64,000 nucleotides of DNA. Origin: Tubulanus polymorphus (taxonomy: Eukaryota > Animalia > Nemertea). The notes under the pieces are model-generated. The model was not told where the DNA came from, ran no database searches, and saw only the letters and a program-made list of their open reading frames with translations. Below, one piece after another: positions 23,995-37,100 of the stretch (position 1 is the stretch's first letter; each line of letters opens with the position of its first letter). The DNA lies in NCBI RefSeq assembly GCF_964204645.1, contig NC_134035.1, positions 7,162,451 through 7,226,450 of the forward strand. The letters run 5' to 3'. The position numbers were made by a program, and so were the translations under genes.

Positions 23995-26900
23995 TCATTT
24001 TTTCGTTCCTGGCACTCCTGCTCCAGCACTTCCAGATCCTGTAAGAAAATATATTTTTGTAAACCAACATTCGATTATCGTTCAATAATCACATCGATGG
24101 ATGAAACTACCTTTAGCGCAGATTTTCTGAAGGGCAGCCGAAACCTTAGTGGCAACTCCTTGCCAGGAGGAAACAAGAATTTTCAAATCGTTGTTGTTAT
24201 TGGAAATAGCCTGATATTCCGTCTGGCTTCTTTCACTCATCGAGTGACCGGGAACTCCGACTACGATAGATTCAATTCCTGCAAAATATCAGATCTAAAT
24301 TAATATAATCATCTGTTTGTATCTAATTTCATCGAATCCTCAGACGGTGACGATAAGGGCTCCTTAATGTTGATTTTGTGAAATTTATTCATTTCGATAT
24401 ATTCAATTTTAGATATTTCAGCGATTGACAATGAGAGCGATATTTGGCCAGGTTTTATAAGGCAAAATCATGTAAAGTATTCGTCAATAATGAGTATCAT
24501 AAAAAATCCAATCGAAAAAGGGTTCTACCGCGTATATAGCAATTAGAAAATTAGCTGGTTACTTCGAACAGGGTCTGTATCATATGGTTTCTGTCCGTGA
24601 ATGAAGGGTAAATAGAAAGAAACGCATCGAGTGAAGCGACTCGTCGCGTCGACCCCGATGAGTCGAAGCTGTGTTTACCTGCATCGACGTTCTTCTCGGA
24701 TTCTTGTTTAACCCAGTAAGCGCTTCTCGAAACACCATCGTACAGCAAGACGATCATTTTAGCCGTTGAGTTTCGTCTGGAATGCGCTGCAGAGAAGCTA
24801 ACGTCTCGAGCATATTTTAGAGCATTACTTGTAGCCGTGCTGCGGCCTAGGTATTCCTGTAAGGTAGGACGTGAGAAAATATGTAAAGACGAGGAGCTAA
24901 ATCTACAAGATTGCTGATGAAATACTTACCACAGAGGATTTCGCCACGAGATCAGTGACAGCTGCTTTTGAATTTCCTGCTTTCAGAGCAAAGTTTCCGT
25001 GTGTCGCACGAGCGTATGACAGCAGCCCAATTTGAGTTTCGTTACCAAAATGACCGAAAGCGTTACTCGAAACGTAATCTACAACATGCATCGCATTGGC
25101 CCATTCGGCTGTTCTAGTGCTCGCCGATACATCAACGATGAACACGATATCAGCCAGGTCACACTCTAAAGTACAAAGATTCGTTTGTTTTAGACATACA
25201 AAACTTTAAATGACCAATCATACATACTTTGAATGTCATTTAATCGCAATTTGTTATGTAGTTAATGAAAAAACCCACAATATTGATACATGGAATTTGA
25301 ACAACGAAAAATCTGTTTCATATCAGTGACGTTTCAGATTGATGATGGTTGGAAGGAATTTGTCTAAAACGTCGATATTGTGGATTTCTATATATTTAAC
25401 AATACATCAATGTCTGAATATGTAAATGTTTTTCTCTTTTAGTACGAATTATGTATAAATGATTAAATTTTGAAATCGGTTGCTTACTTTTCTTTTCTGG
25501 TGCTGGTGCAGGTGCTGAAATGAATACAATGAGAATATTTAATGAATCGTATACAGAATTATCATCAAGATAAATGAAATGCGGTCCTTGTTTACTAACG
25601 TTTTGGGCAGAGGTCATCAAAACCAGAAATGAGCTTTTTAACAGTCTCTTCAATGAATCCATTGTCCGCAGCGCTGCCAGAGTAAGCATCGGAGCTTGGG
25701 TTCGCCGCTAGTTTGAAGTTAGTCTTTTGAATATCGTTCGGTTCCACGATACGTCGTGGATCCTGAAGATTTAAGACAATTCGCTTCACACCATTTTTGT
25801 TCAAGCCATTAGCTGCAGCCGTCAGGGCTGTTTGATTACTGGGAAATCCATCGAAGAATACTATCATGAATTTTTCGGCATCAGCTCGACCTCCATACGC
25901 CTGCGACATGCTCTTCTGGTATGATTTCTTAATCGCCTCACCAGTTATTGATCCATGAATAGCAACATCCTTTAGATTGAAAAAAAATCATGATGTTAAG
26001 ACGTACTTATGTTATCGATAATTATGATAATGTATTGAGGTACTAACTGGCATTTTGTTTGAAATAATGTCATTAAGAAGTTGCTCCTTATTGTCTGTGC
26101 TATTCAGAAGGATCGACTGTTTCCAGTTATTTCCGTAGTAGTCAATACCAACGCGAAAATCATCTTTTCCTACGAGAACAAATATATACCTTCGTTTCAC
26201 TGATATTCAAAATAACTGAAATAAGGTAATATGTCGAGCATTTTGTGCTGTAAATTGGGAATCTTGGATGTGTAATTTAAACGAAGGATTAGGTTTTGGC
26301 TATTACTGGCACAGGTGGTGAAAAATGAAACAGGTCGAGCACAGATTGAAGGATCATTTCTTACAACAGCTGGTATGAAACTATAGAGACAATGTCTATG
26401 ATAATTTTACCGGAGCAATTTGCAATGGCGGTGATCATTCCGGGGGTAATCTTCGAGGGGGATATTACTTGAGGCATTGTCCTAGAACCTCCAATGAAGT
26501 CAGGCGAAATGAAGACGCCATTAGTGTACTTAATATTCTTTCCAAAAAATATATATTTTCCCCTTCGTTAAACATGGATCCATTTGACGTAACATACTAG
26601 CACATCTTTAGACCGTTAGAGTCTATCAAACCACTAATAAGGTAATGCTTTGATGATACGTGTTCATTGCGGATGAATTGAGGAAACTATCGTTTCCGGA
26701 TGGAGTGTCTTACCTATTGCTGGGATAGCAGAGACGTATCGTAATATGAAGCTTTTGATGTTCATTTGTCTCAGATCTCTTTGACTCATCGATGCGTCCA
26801 CAAGAAATATGACGTCACGTTTTCTTGGAACGCAAGCTGGAAATATTTAAAAAGGCGATTTTTATCGTATATAATTAATAAGTATAATGACAAAGGGAGT

Positions 26901-29348
26901 AACGTTCGAACTGCACTGGATAATTGGCATGAAGTAGCGTTCGTTGACTTACGTGTTGGCTCATTATCCGGAACTAGAAAAAGATACACAAATTATGGCG
27001 TTATGGCATACGCATTTTATCGTGTCAATCGGGAAGCTTTAATGTGCGGCCAGGTTTATTGATGTAAGTTTAGAATATTGGACCTAATTTTTAAACCTCG
27101 AACTATGGACTGGCGATATCTACTACATTTCATTTCATTTGCGGATTTAAATTTCCTACATATGAGTCCATGTCTGACCACCGGTATTCAAGAAATAACT
27201 CACATAGTGAACATAGTATTTTCGAAGTCAATTCAACCATACCATCACCCGTCAATTGTATGCTTCTTTCCAGTATCATTACCCCGGAATTACCAATCAA
27301 GGTCATCAAATTATCTGACGTGACATCCGGTCCAATGCCGAATGCATAACTGTAATAAGAAAATTATCACGTATCTATTGTCATAGCCTAATCGAATTAT
27401 TCAAGTATTCTTTGAATGGTATTTCATACCCGTTAACGTTAGGGTCTTTGAATGTTGAACCACCTGGTACCGCAATATTCTTGTCGGTCAGTAATACAAC
27501 GGCTCTAGCGACGCCTAAAATCAGAAAATACATTTTCCAGATGTGCTTGAAATCTGTGTTCTACAGAAATCAGAAATAGTTCATTAAAGAAGAAAGATTC
27601 ATTACCAGATCTGGCTCCGTTACCAGCTGTGAACAGATGATTATGGAGGAAATCACCGACGGAGATACTGGAATCAATTTCCTTGTTCAAATTGTCGTTT
27701 GGATTTGTTGCCCAATTAGTGACGGTGAAATCGCCCATTTTGCTACTGGTACCGTTATACAGAACGATTGCGATCCGAAGGTCTTTAGTGACGAGACCGG
27801 GTGTTGGAAGGATGCGTCGTTTGACGTTTGCGACGAAATCTAACATATCCCTTGCATTGGAGGAAGATGGCGCGTTTATTACAAAAGCTACGTCCGCTTT
27901 CATTTGTCTGTCGCATACTATTAAAAGTGTAGAATACAAACTCATTATCATAAAAGATGGAAAATAAAAAAAAAAAGATTAATTTCGTTTGATTTTCAAT
28001 CGATTGAAAACTATGTTTTGGAAAGCAAGCTTTTTAAAGATAATCTGGTAGTAACTACATCATAAATATAAAGCTAAATATAAATAGATATAAAAATTAA
28101 GCTAAAATTTACCTGAGATTGATCGCCGTTACTACATTTTCAAAGAAAAATTTAAAGTTCTTCTTGAAATAGCAAAAGGTAGAAAGTTTCTAATGTACGA
28201 TCGACAGTACCGGTAGCGCCGCTACTTAGCAATAATAAGAACTAATGTTATTGACGATGTTTTGTTAAGTGGAAAGACGCCGAGTACCAGTATATATTCG
28301 ATAGGTTCGAATCCCCAATTTCTGATTGACTCGCCTAATACTAAAGGGCAGTTGGTTCCACAAGAGAAGTACTATAAATTAAATGCCCTGTCACCGTTTA
28401 TAGACTGGTTAAACTAAAAAAGTACTTATATCATGACTGAAGCAGTGATATCTGGTAGGTGCATGAATAGATATAATAGACCATAAGTACTCTGGGTCCT
28501 GATCGTTTAGCTAGGTACTTGTAAGTGTCGAGAAGCACTTAAAACTCGTCCTTGTAGAAATTAATTTTGATTAATGTTTTTAATGTTGGCTTGATGTGCT
28601 CAGATTCTTTCATCTCACATAAAAGACGAGCAGCATTATTTTGAACTAACTGCAAATGCTTCAACGAAGTAGCATTTATCACAACAAGTTAGAAGTTAGC
28701 ATAGTCAAGTCTGGAGGAAGCCAATGCAGAAACTGCTGCCTAACATGACGAATCATCATGCAGATGTCGAATTTTGCTGATAGAATATGGGTGGTAATTG
28801 GCTGTCCGCCAAGTGTCATTTTTATAACTGACAAAGGACTGGTTTTTGTCATGACTGACGGCAAACAATTCTGGTTAAAATGAGAAATAACCTCGCCATC
28901 TGCAATTAGATTAAGATCGTTTGGCAGAAACCCTTTGCCACGAAAGAGATGCCAGTATAATAAATTATATTTTGTCAAGAGTTTGCTTTTACGAACATTT
29001 TTGATTGTCATTTAGTTGAAAAGCGCACTTATTGGAATAATTCTTCATCAGATGCAATGCTGACATGGAATCAGCGAAACATTTTGGATTATTTGACTAT
29101 TATTGATTATTAACTACAATTATTCTAAAACAATGGTTCTAAAAGAACAGGAACACAAGTTTAACGAAAGGTTTATTTTCTAGCAAGTTTAGCGTTTCTA
29201 ACTGATATATCTAATGTCACGGCACCGATCTATTGTTTTGCTTAAAAAGATTTCACAAAGTGTACACCACGCACGCATACATACCTTGGACTGGAGACAT
29301 TGTTTGGCTCACTCCAACGCAAGCAACTAATATCGCAACGAAAAGCAT
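23995..29348 (-). CDS. Secreted triple von Willebrand factor A (VWA) domain protein, paralog A (about 631 aa)
   Basis: Thirteen coding exons are in phase: 29348-29285 (signal peptide MLFVAILVACVGVSQT), 27917-27606, 27514-27430, 27349-27204, 26973-26953, 26836-26714, 26169-26048, 25969-25600, 25514-25488, 25165-24930, 24856-24679, 24278-24111, 24038-23995. VWA signatures are DVAFV, DVIFLVDASMS, DIVFIVDVSAS, RVGI, IVFFDG and IVLLYDG. Confidence 0.85.
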
Positions 29349-30074
29349 CCTGGAGAAGACAGATGCTAATTCTTTATTCAACCACATAATTTTGTCTTAT
29401 GGAATATATACGGATATAAGGGCATGACATTTCTATAGACATATCACTGCCCAGTTCCCTAGTTTTAATGCAATGAACCTTCTTATAGCGGTGTTGAAAC
29501 GGTTCGACTCATCTGATATAGCGTTTTGATGCTTCTTTAGCAATTAAACCGTCAAAAAGAAATGTAGAGATTTGAGTCACGAATTGTAGATTCTGCGCCT
29601 GAATCAGCCGCCATACAATGTATTCAGGTTAAGCTGACATTGGCTTGAATGCAATATTTAACACAAGTTTAAGGTTCTTATCATGAAAATAACAACTGCA
29701 ACATATTTACGAACCACCCTGTAGTTCGCACCACTGCCACACTAGGATACAATATTTCCCGAAAGCATTGCTGAAATTGATGGCGTATCAGACACCAATT
29801 AGTAAAGATGAATCGACATTAGGTCGGACGTAAGCGGAAACATAGAGAGCTATTTTTGAGAATTCTGAACCCAACCGTAGTGACATCACAACAATATAAG
29901 GACAGTCCAGACCACAGCAATTTGGACTGGACCATTTTAGAATCCTTTTATGATCATGCTATCTCCCTAAGATGCTTCCGTTATAATTACGACTGCCAAA
30001 GTGAACAACAGAAAACAATGAAGTTCATCATAAATTATCAGTGTTTAGAAAACATGTATTTGGAAAAGAAACTT

Positions 30075-30150
30075 ACTTGTTGAAAGCTCCTTTACCAAAC
30101 GGTAGATCAGCTCTAAGTGATGCAATTCCAATCGTAAGCGGCTATATACA
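30075..30150 (-). promoter_or_regulatory. TATA box, Inr-like site and short non-coding exon 1 of VWA paralog A
   Basis: On the minus strand, TATATA (30148-30143) is followed about 25 nt later by TCACTT and then the donor gtaagt. The same arrangement is conserved in paralog B. Confidence 0.6.
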
Positions 30151-30699
30151 TTTATATCAAAATACTGTGGATTTAATTCGACCGTGTTGCCACTTCAACA
30201 AAACTCGTCATCGTGAGAAACTAACCTACTTGAGCGCTCTTGTTTTGGCTACTTACCACAATCTGTTGGGCGAATTCTCGCGTTTCCAAATTTACACGTT
30301 TACATGTTTTCCCAAACTGATTAGTATGTAGACAACCATACTAGAAAAGCTGAAACACAAAATATATTGAAGTGTATCTTACTCGTACAAATCCCTCCAA
30401 TCCGAAATGTATGTGTGGTCATTTTGAGAAGTGCACAAATATATGTGAAGAAAAGTTTATAGCGTTGTGATGCTAATGTGAAATAACGATTAATGGCAAT
30501 TATGGTAATGTCCAGGAGCCGATGGACGAATCACAGTATCTACTCATTATGTAACACATTATTAATGCAAGATTCAATGTTTAGTATATTCACTCATGTT
30601 AATCTCTGTATCTTATGTTTTGTTTCATTCTACATACAATCGACGAATAAATCCTCTTTTTGCTCCTCGAAATGAATTGCGTACTAAAGATACCCATAG

Positions 30700-30790
30700 G
30701 GACGGAGTTAGGGACGGAGTTAGGAGGGGGATGGAGTTAAGGGGGATGGAGTGAGGGGGAGTTGGGGAGGGTGGGAGGTAGGGAGGGAGA
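30700..30790 (+). repeat. G-rich purine low-complexity tract
   Basis: agggacggagtt twice, then GGA/GGG runs. Confidence 0.8.
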
Positions 30791-31419
30791 GACAGTGGTC
30801 AACTATGTTTGTCAATTCAGGGTTCACTATGTTTAACTTGTTAATTCAACTATGACCACCGTTTTGTAGTTTACGAGGTTCGAAGTAGCAGATCACATGA
30901 CTTATACGAATCATCGCCTTCGATATTATGTGATACTTTTTCACAACGCCAGTGGCGCTGTAGGTTGGTCTCCTTCGATGTTTCGTGTTGGCTGTGCGGA
31001 AGCGGGAACACCAAACTTCAAAACATTTTGTTTTGGGTTTATTTTCTGCTGTGTGCACTTGACTTGAATAAATAATCTCCATCCTCCCACCTTAACACGC
31101 CAGTCCTCTCTGGCTTCACTGCTCTGGTGAGCCAGTATGTAACTATGCCCTGTGCACATACACGAAATTTAATTTGAAACTTCGAATCGCCATGACACGT
31201 GTAAACGTTGGAACTCAATCCCCAACAGCCAGGGACACTCGAGACTGGTGCTAGGAGTTTTCAAAAAATTATCAGAATATTAAACGTGAAAGTAACTGAG
31301 GTAAACACAACAGCTGGCATTTACTTTTGAACAAAAGACGGATTTTATTTCACCAGAGTTTCCCATGCAAACCTGAAATGCAATAGCCGGTTAATGACAC
31401 ATGTCATATTTGATCGATT

Positions 31420-31630
31420 TCAAATTGTTTCTGGGTTTCTACTCAACTAAAATTCACACCGTCTGACCGACTTATTGGAATTGACAATTGAGATTTTTGG
31501 AAGAAAATGATAAACATTCTGTCACACATCGAACATTAAATGGCAGGAATTCGCCTGACATTGTTCGCCTGTTGTGATACGTTTCCACCGAAATGTGTTC
31601 AGATCTTGTATTCCAGTTGGTGCCATCGTA
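31420..31630 (-). pseudogene. Decayed copy of the PAN/apple exon of the C-type lectin-mucin gene
   Basis: Aligns by eye with 55320-55550 (TMAPTGIQDLNTFRWKRI../RRTMSG..NVR..TECLSF). It carries a 1-nt frameshift, a deletion and a stop. Downstream flank 31190-31370 is also homologous to about 54320-54500. Confidence 0.8.
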
Positions 31631-31669
31631 AACGTAGATGCTGCGAAGGGTAATTGTGTCCCACAGTAT

Positions 31670-32370
31670 CTATTTATTCATCTATCTATTTCACAAATAA
31701 ATTACAACAATGTGTGAAAATCAATAAATAATGTTGTGATATAACACAGGAGTTTCAGTAAAAGCGAGGCTTGTACGGACAGAAATCCAGAGAAGAAATA
31801 TAAGATATAAAATGTAGTACATAGTCGGCTAATGGAGAATGCCGAGCCAAAATGAAATGCGATAAATGCATAGATTTGGGAATGCTTCAGTATGCTGAAT
31901 AGATAAAGCAGCTTAAAATGAATCAGCAAATGAAGAACGTCAATAAGTGGATATATAATGGTGTTCAGCTTAGATTTGAAAACATTCAAACTCATACTGG
32001 TTTTCATTGCCTGACTAATTTGAGGAAGAGCGAGAACTTCAGGATAATCAGATTGATTAGCCATCCTAGCAAAATCTTGTTCCAAGCGCTATACTTAACC
32101 TCCTATAACCGCAAGCAGAAGCCATTCTAGTTGGAGAACAGGCAGGTTCCCGTAGAGAAAGATCGACAACGGAATAGACTTTCGAAATCCTATGTGAAAA
32201 TACAGACAGCCAATGGAACCAATCTACCACACGATCATCGACTACGAAAAGTGTTTCGACCGAGTATGGCAGGATGGCATATGGGCATTTCTAAGACGGT
32301 AGGTATAACATCAGCAGAGGCACAGTGAACGCAGTTGAAGCTCTCTAAATGCATAAGGAGTTTGGTTTGA
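31670..32370 (-). mobile_element. LINE (CR1/L2-like) 3' remnant
   Basis: SMSLNVFKSKL-type terminal peptide with a simple-repeat tail near 31670-31700. Confidence 0.5.
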
Positions 32371-32379
32371 TTGGGAAAA

Positions 32380-33330
32380 GTTTCAATCATGGCTCGGAAG
32401 GAGTGAGGCTAGGCTGTCTGTTATCTTCAACCCTGTGCAACAGCTTACTTGAAAATATCATGGCTGAAGCGGCAGCTGAAACATAGTCTCCGCCAAAGAT
32501 GGCTGGCAGAGCGATTACCTACGTCTTGCCGAAGACATTGATCTACGCTCCACAACACCGGATGGTAAAAAAGCCGGAATGTAACAACTCGACGACAGCA
32601 GTCGAAGGTATGGCATGGAAATAAGCATACCTTAGACGAAAACCATCGTAACAGGTTGTTAAGATGAACTAGATGTCTGCCTTCGCGACCACGATCTCGA
32701 ACAAGTAGACGAGTTCACATACCTTGGTTCGGTACAGCGGGATGTCTCGTTACGTAAATAGGTCAAGACTAGAATCGTCAAAGGCTACAACAACACTCTA
32801 CACGCTCAAACCTGTTAGGCGTGACGGCAACATATCAACGGTAACATGTAAACTCTATCTACTCAGTCTCTTGTCCAGTCAGTGTTTATCTATCCATCAT
32901 TAGAGTAAATGGACACTCAACACCGAGATCGAACGCCGCATAAATCCACGAGATGAGCTGTAATTGGAGACGCCTACAAGTTGACTATAAATCTTACACA
33001 ACAGCAATCAGAGAAACGGTTCAGCGGCTAAGTGGCTGCCTCATGAGCTCTTGCTGTCGACAGTCAAACGAAAAAAAGGTTTGTTTGGCCACGCGGTAAG
33101 ACCCCGAGGATCACTGGCCAACACCATTCCCGCTAACGTCGGTGAATGCACTAGAAAGCAGGGTCGGCTCAAAAGGCAACGTGTCGACGACATCAAAGAT
33201 TGGACTGGCCCTCGATGGAATCTATTAAAACGATCTGTTTCTACTCGTGGTAATGGGGTTTTCTTGTGAACTGCTGCATCCAACCTCAACGGCGAAGAGA
33301 CGGATGGTGGTGATGACGACGACGATGATT
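32380..33330 (+). mobile_element. Degenerate RTE-clade LINE
   Basis: Remnants of LR-[F]-A-[D]-DIDL, YGMEIS, EQVDEFTYLGS and L..VKRKK..FGH..R are visible, and it ends in a (GAT/GAC)n tail. Confidence 0.7.
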
Positions 33331-34190
33331 CCAAGGTTTAGTGTGACTAAACAAGTCAAAATAATCGAGTAGAAGTAGAAGACCTTTAGTAAGTTGTGCT
33401 AGTGAAAAGTTAGCACAGTGTTTTTCGGTATGATTATAAGGATAACATTCCCAGCCATTCACAAAATGATTGGGCATATGAGATTAAATGCTATTTTATA
33501 CTGCATTTGTTTGACATTTGCACTATTAGAAACAAGCGGCCTAATATTGCAAGGGTGCACGGACATATTCCATAAGTGGTTTTTCGTTTTGACATGATTC
33601 GTCGGGACATCCAGTCATCCGGATTCAGTCACTCAGTCATCGGTCGCACATTTGCTCAGTCGTCGAGTCGTCCAGTCACACAGTCGTCCACTCGTTGAGT
33701 CGCCCAGTCGTCGAGTCACACAGTTGGATGAATATAAATACACACTGAACTGAAAAAGTTTTAACTATTTGTGTTCGATGTATATCATTAATCCTGGAAG
33801 TACTCAACTGGATTATACAATTGGGCCCTGCTTTTGTAATTTTTTGATATTTCACTCTCTACCGGTGATTCGACATGGTGGAACTGGTATGCACTATACA
33901 GTGCCGTTTACGGCCAATAAAAGAACAACATATAAGTCAATTCACTATTTCGGCCAATTGCATACAATGTATAATTGTATTTTTGCCATGGCAAAGTAAT
34001 ACACACATGTAGGCCCTGACGCTGATGTCAGTTCGACCTGAGATTTTTGACAAAAAGAAACAGATAAACGATTTTGGATATGTAATGTCAGCTATTTAGG
34101 TTTATTCATATTGAATTCATTCTAACTCAATTGATTGAAATAGTTTTTATGACTTTTTATACTGGATTATAGCTGATAATTGGCGATTCA

Positions 34191-37100
34191 TTATTTTGTT
34201 CCTGGCGCTCCTGCCCCAGCACTTCCAGATCCTGTAAAAAGTGTATTTTTGTAAACTAACATTCGATTATCGTTCAATAATCATATCGATGGATGAAATT
34301 ACCTTTATCGCAGATTTTCTGAAGGGCAGCAGAAACCTTAGTGGCAACTCCTTCCCAGGAGGAAACAAGAATTTTCAAATCGTTGTTGTTATTGGAAATA
34401 GCCTGATATTCCGTCTGGCTTCTTTCACTCATCGAGTGACCGGGAACTCCGACTACGATCGATTCAATTCCTGCGAGAAACATTATATATGTATTTACAT
34501 TAATCTAATCCTTCATTTCAATCCATTTTGATTTTATAGTTTCAACTATAAATGCTTGGAAATCATCGTGAAAAGATTTTGTAAAGATTATTCTTTTTGA
34601 TATACTTTATCTTAGACATACGCTGATTTCATTCATTTGGACATAAAATAACATTTTTATTTTTCGTAAATTATTTCACGTCGAGATGATAACGCAATAT
34701 AAAATCGGTGAATTATCGGGAAAATTTGTTATTAATCGTAAATTAATTAACGATGAGATTCATCATTATTTTATCGAATCACCAACGATATGGGCTGCTT
34801 AAAAACTATCGAATAGATTTTGTGAAATTTATTCATTTCGATATATTCTATTTTTGAAAGGCTTGGCGATTGACAATCGGAGCAATATTTGGCCAGGTCT
34901 TATAAGACAAATCGTGTAAATGATTCGTCAATAATGAGTATCATAAAAAATCCAATCGAAAAAGGGCCCTACCACTTAGAAACTAGAAAATTAGCTGGGC
35001 ACTTCGTGCATGGTCTGTATCATATAGTTATCTGTCCGTGAATCAAGGGTAAAAAAGCGCATCGAGTAAAGCGACTCTTGTTTGCGTCGACCCCGATGTG
35101 TTTACCTGCATCGACGTTCGTCTCGGATTCTTGTTTTACCCAGTTAGCGCTTCTCGAAACACCATCGTACATCAAGACGATCATTTTAGCCGTTGAGTTT
35201 CGTCCGGAATGCGCTGCAGAGAAGCTAACGTCTCGAGCATATTTTAGAGCATTACTTGTAGCCGTGCTGCGGCCTAGGTATTCCTGTAAGGTAGGGCGTA
35301 AGAAAATATGTAAAGACGAGGAGCTAAATCTACAAGATTGCTGATGAAATACTTACCACAGAGGATTTCGCCACGAGATCAGTGACAGCTGCTTTTGAAT
35401 TTCCTGCTTTCAGCGCAAAGTTTCCGTGTGTCGCACGAGCGTATGACAACAGCCCAATTTGAGTTTCGTTACCAAAATGACCGAAAGCGTAACTCGAAAC
35501 GGATTTCACAACCTGCATCGCATTGGCCCATTCGGCTGTGCTAGTGCTAGCCGATACATCAACGATGAACACGATATCAGCCAGGTCACACTCTAAACAA
35601 AGAAAGTTTCTTCGTATTCGATTAGATACAACGAGCCGAAATGTATCAGGTGAATTACTGATTTACCTGATGCATCAGTAGCTATGCATTTATATCATTA
35701 GCAATGTATTTCGATTGTAAAATAGGGACGTTTCCAGTAACCAGGCGCCATTTTGAGTCGGTCCCACAGAGTTGGGACAGATTTTAACATTTTTTTAACT
35801 AAAACCTCTAGCGCGATTAATTGTCCTCCATCCCTCTTTTGGCACAAACTTTAAACTTATGAATCGTTAGAAAGGTGGCCGTTTCTAATATCTGATGGTG
35901 TTTATTTCATTTTTCTCGGCTGCAACATTCGAACAGTTTAAAGGGTAACTGACACTTTTTAAAAGATTTTCTACTTTTTACACGAAACGATATATCATAG
36001 TATGCAATAAGGCTAGGTGATTTCATAATTGGAAAAATCTTTTCAATCTAGTCAGAATTGATGATTTTGATGTTCGCGCACCTGTTCAGTGTATACATTG
36101 CTTTTGCTGAACGCGTGGTACTGTGTCTATTAATAGAACTACGTCACCAAAGTGACGGCTCGGAAATGATGTCTATAGAAATGAATAGGAAATAAGCAAC
36201 AAGAGCAATTCAACTTAATTTTATACCTATTTGGCATTCGAATTGAGTCAAAATGCCTCTTGATTTTGAAAGTCTACATATTAATGATTATAATTAGCTG
36301 TTGAACGGACCATATCCGTTCAAACTAAACGCAAAAATAGGATTTGAATAGCAATCCATGGCATTTTCTAGTAGACAGCAAGGAACACGGATGTTTAATT
36401 CATCGTTTTGTATTACCATTTAGTGATAGTAAGATCATGGTTAGATCTAAGAATGTTTTGACTTATGAACTGATGAAACTTAGACAGAATTAGCGGCAAG
36501 AACAATTTCAACTGTTTTCTTGAAATATACCTCGTATTGGTAGCGGCTTTAGTCACAAAATTAGAATATTTCCTCATCCATCCTATTCTAAAACTTAGAA
36601 ATAATGTTTGTGAAAGATTTGTGATGTAATCTATCAAAACTCTGCAGCGTGAAACTTTAATCGAAAAACATTATTCCTTTGAATATTTGTTGTAAAGGCT
36701 GTAGAAATTCATGAAAGTTTTTGTAGAGTTTTGAAGTGTTAGTTTTCAAACTACTTAGTCTTAAATTACTTTGAAAAATAGTAAATAGTAAACGAATATG
36801 AATCTATTTATTCTTTAGCGAGATCGAAATCTGTGATCGCTTATAAGACACTGTGTAGTATGCTTGTGGTGCTGAACTATAGGTGAACTATGCAGCAGCA
36901 GTAACAGTGCTGAGAGCTTAGCATAGTGTACCTTGATAGCTTCATAGCAGCGGATTGAAATCTGCATCTTCAATTTGATCGATTTAGCCTTATCAATATA
37001 CTCATTGATTCTTTGAAATAGGTTTATTTCTCAGCTCTGCCTGTAATGACGTTGCAGCGCGCACCTGCTGATTAAGCCGACGCTGAACAGTAAGCGATGT

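Noticed and set aside
28600-30030. Possible Harbinger transposase remnant in introns of VWA paralog A
   Set aside because: The weak motif-like words (FPESIAEIDG on +, ADSG on -) fall on opposite strands, so the call is not supportable without a search.
33478-33597. Short plus-strand ORF with a signal-peptide-like start (MRLNAILYCICLTFALL...)
   Set aside because: It is only 39 codons with no supporting gene structure, and hydrophobic runs are common by chance in AT-rich DNA.
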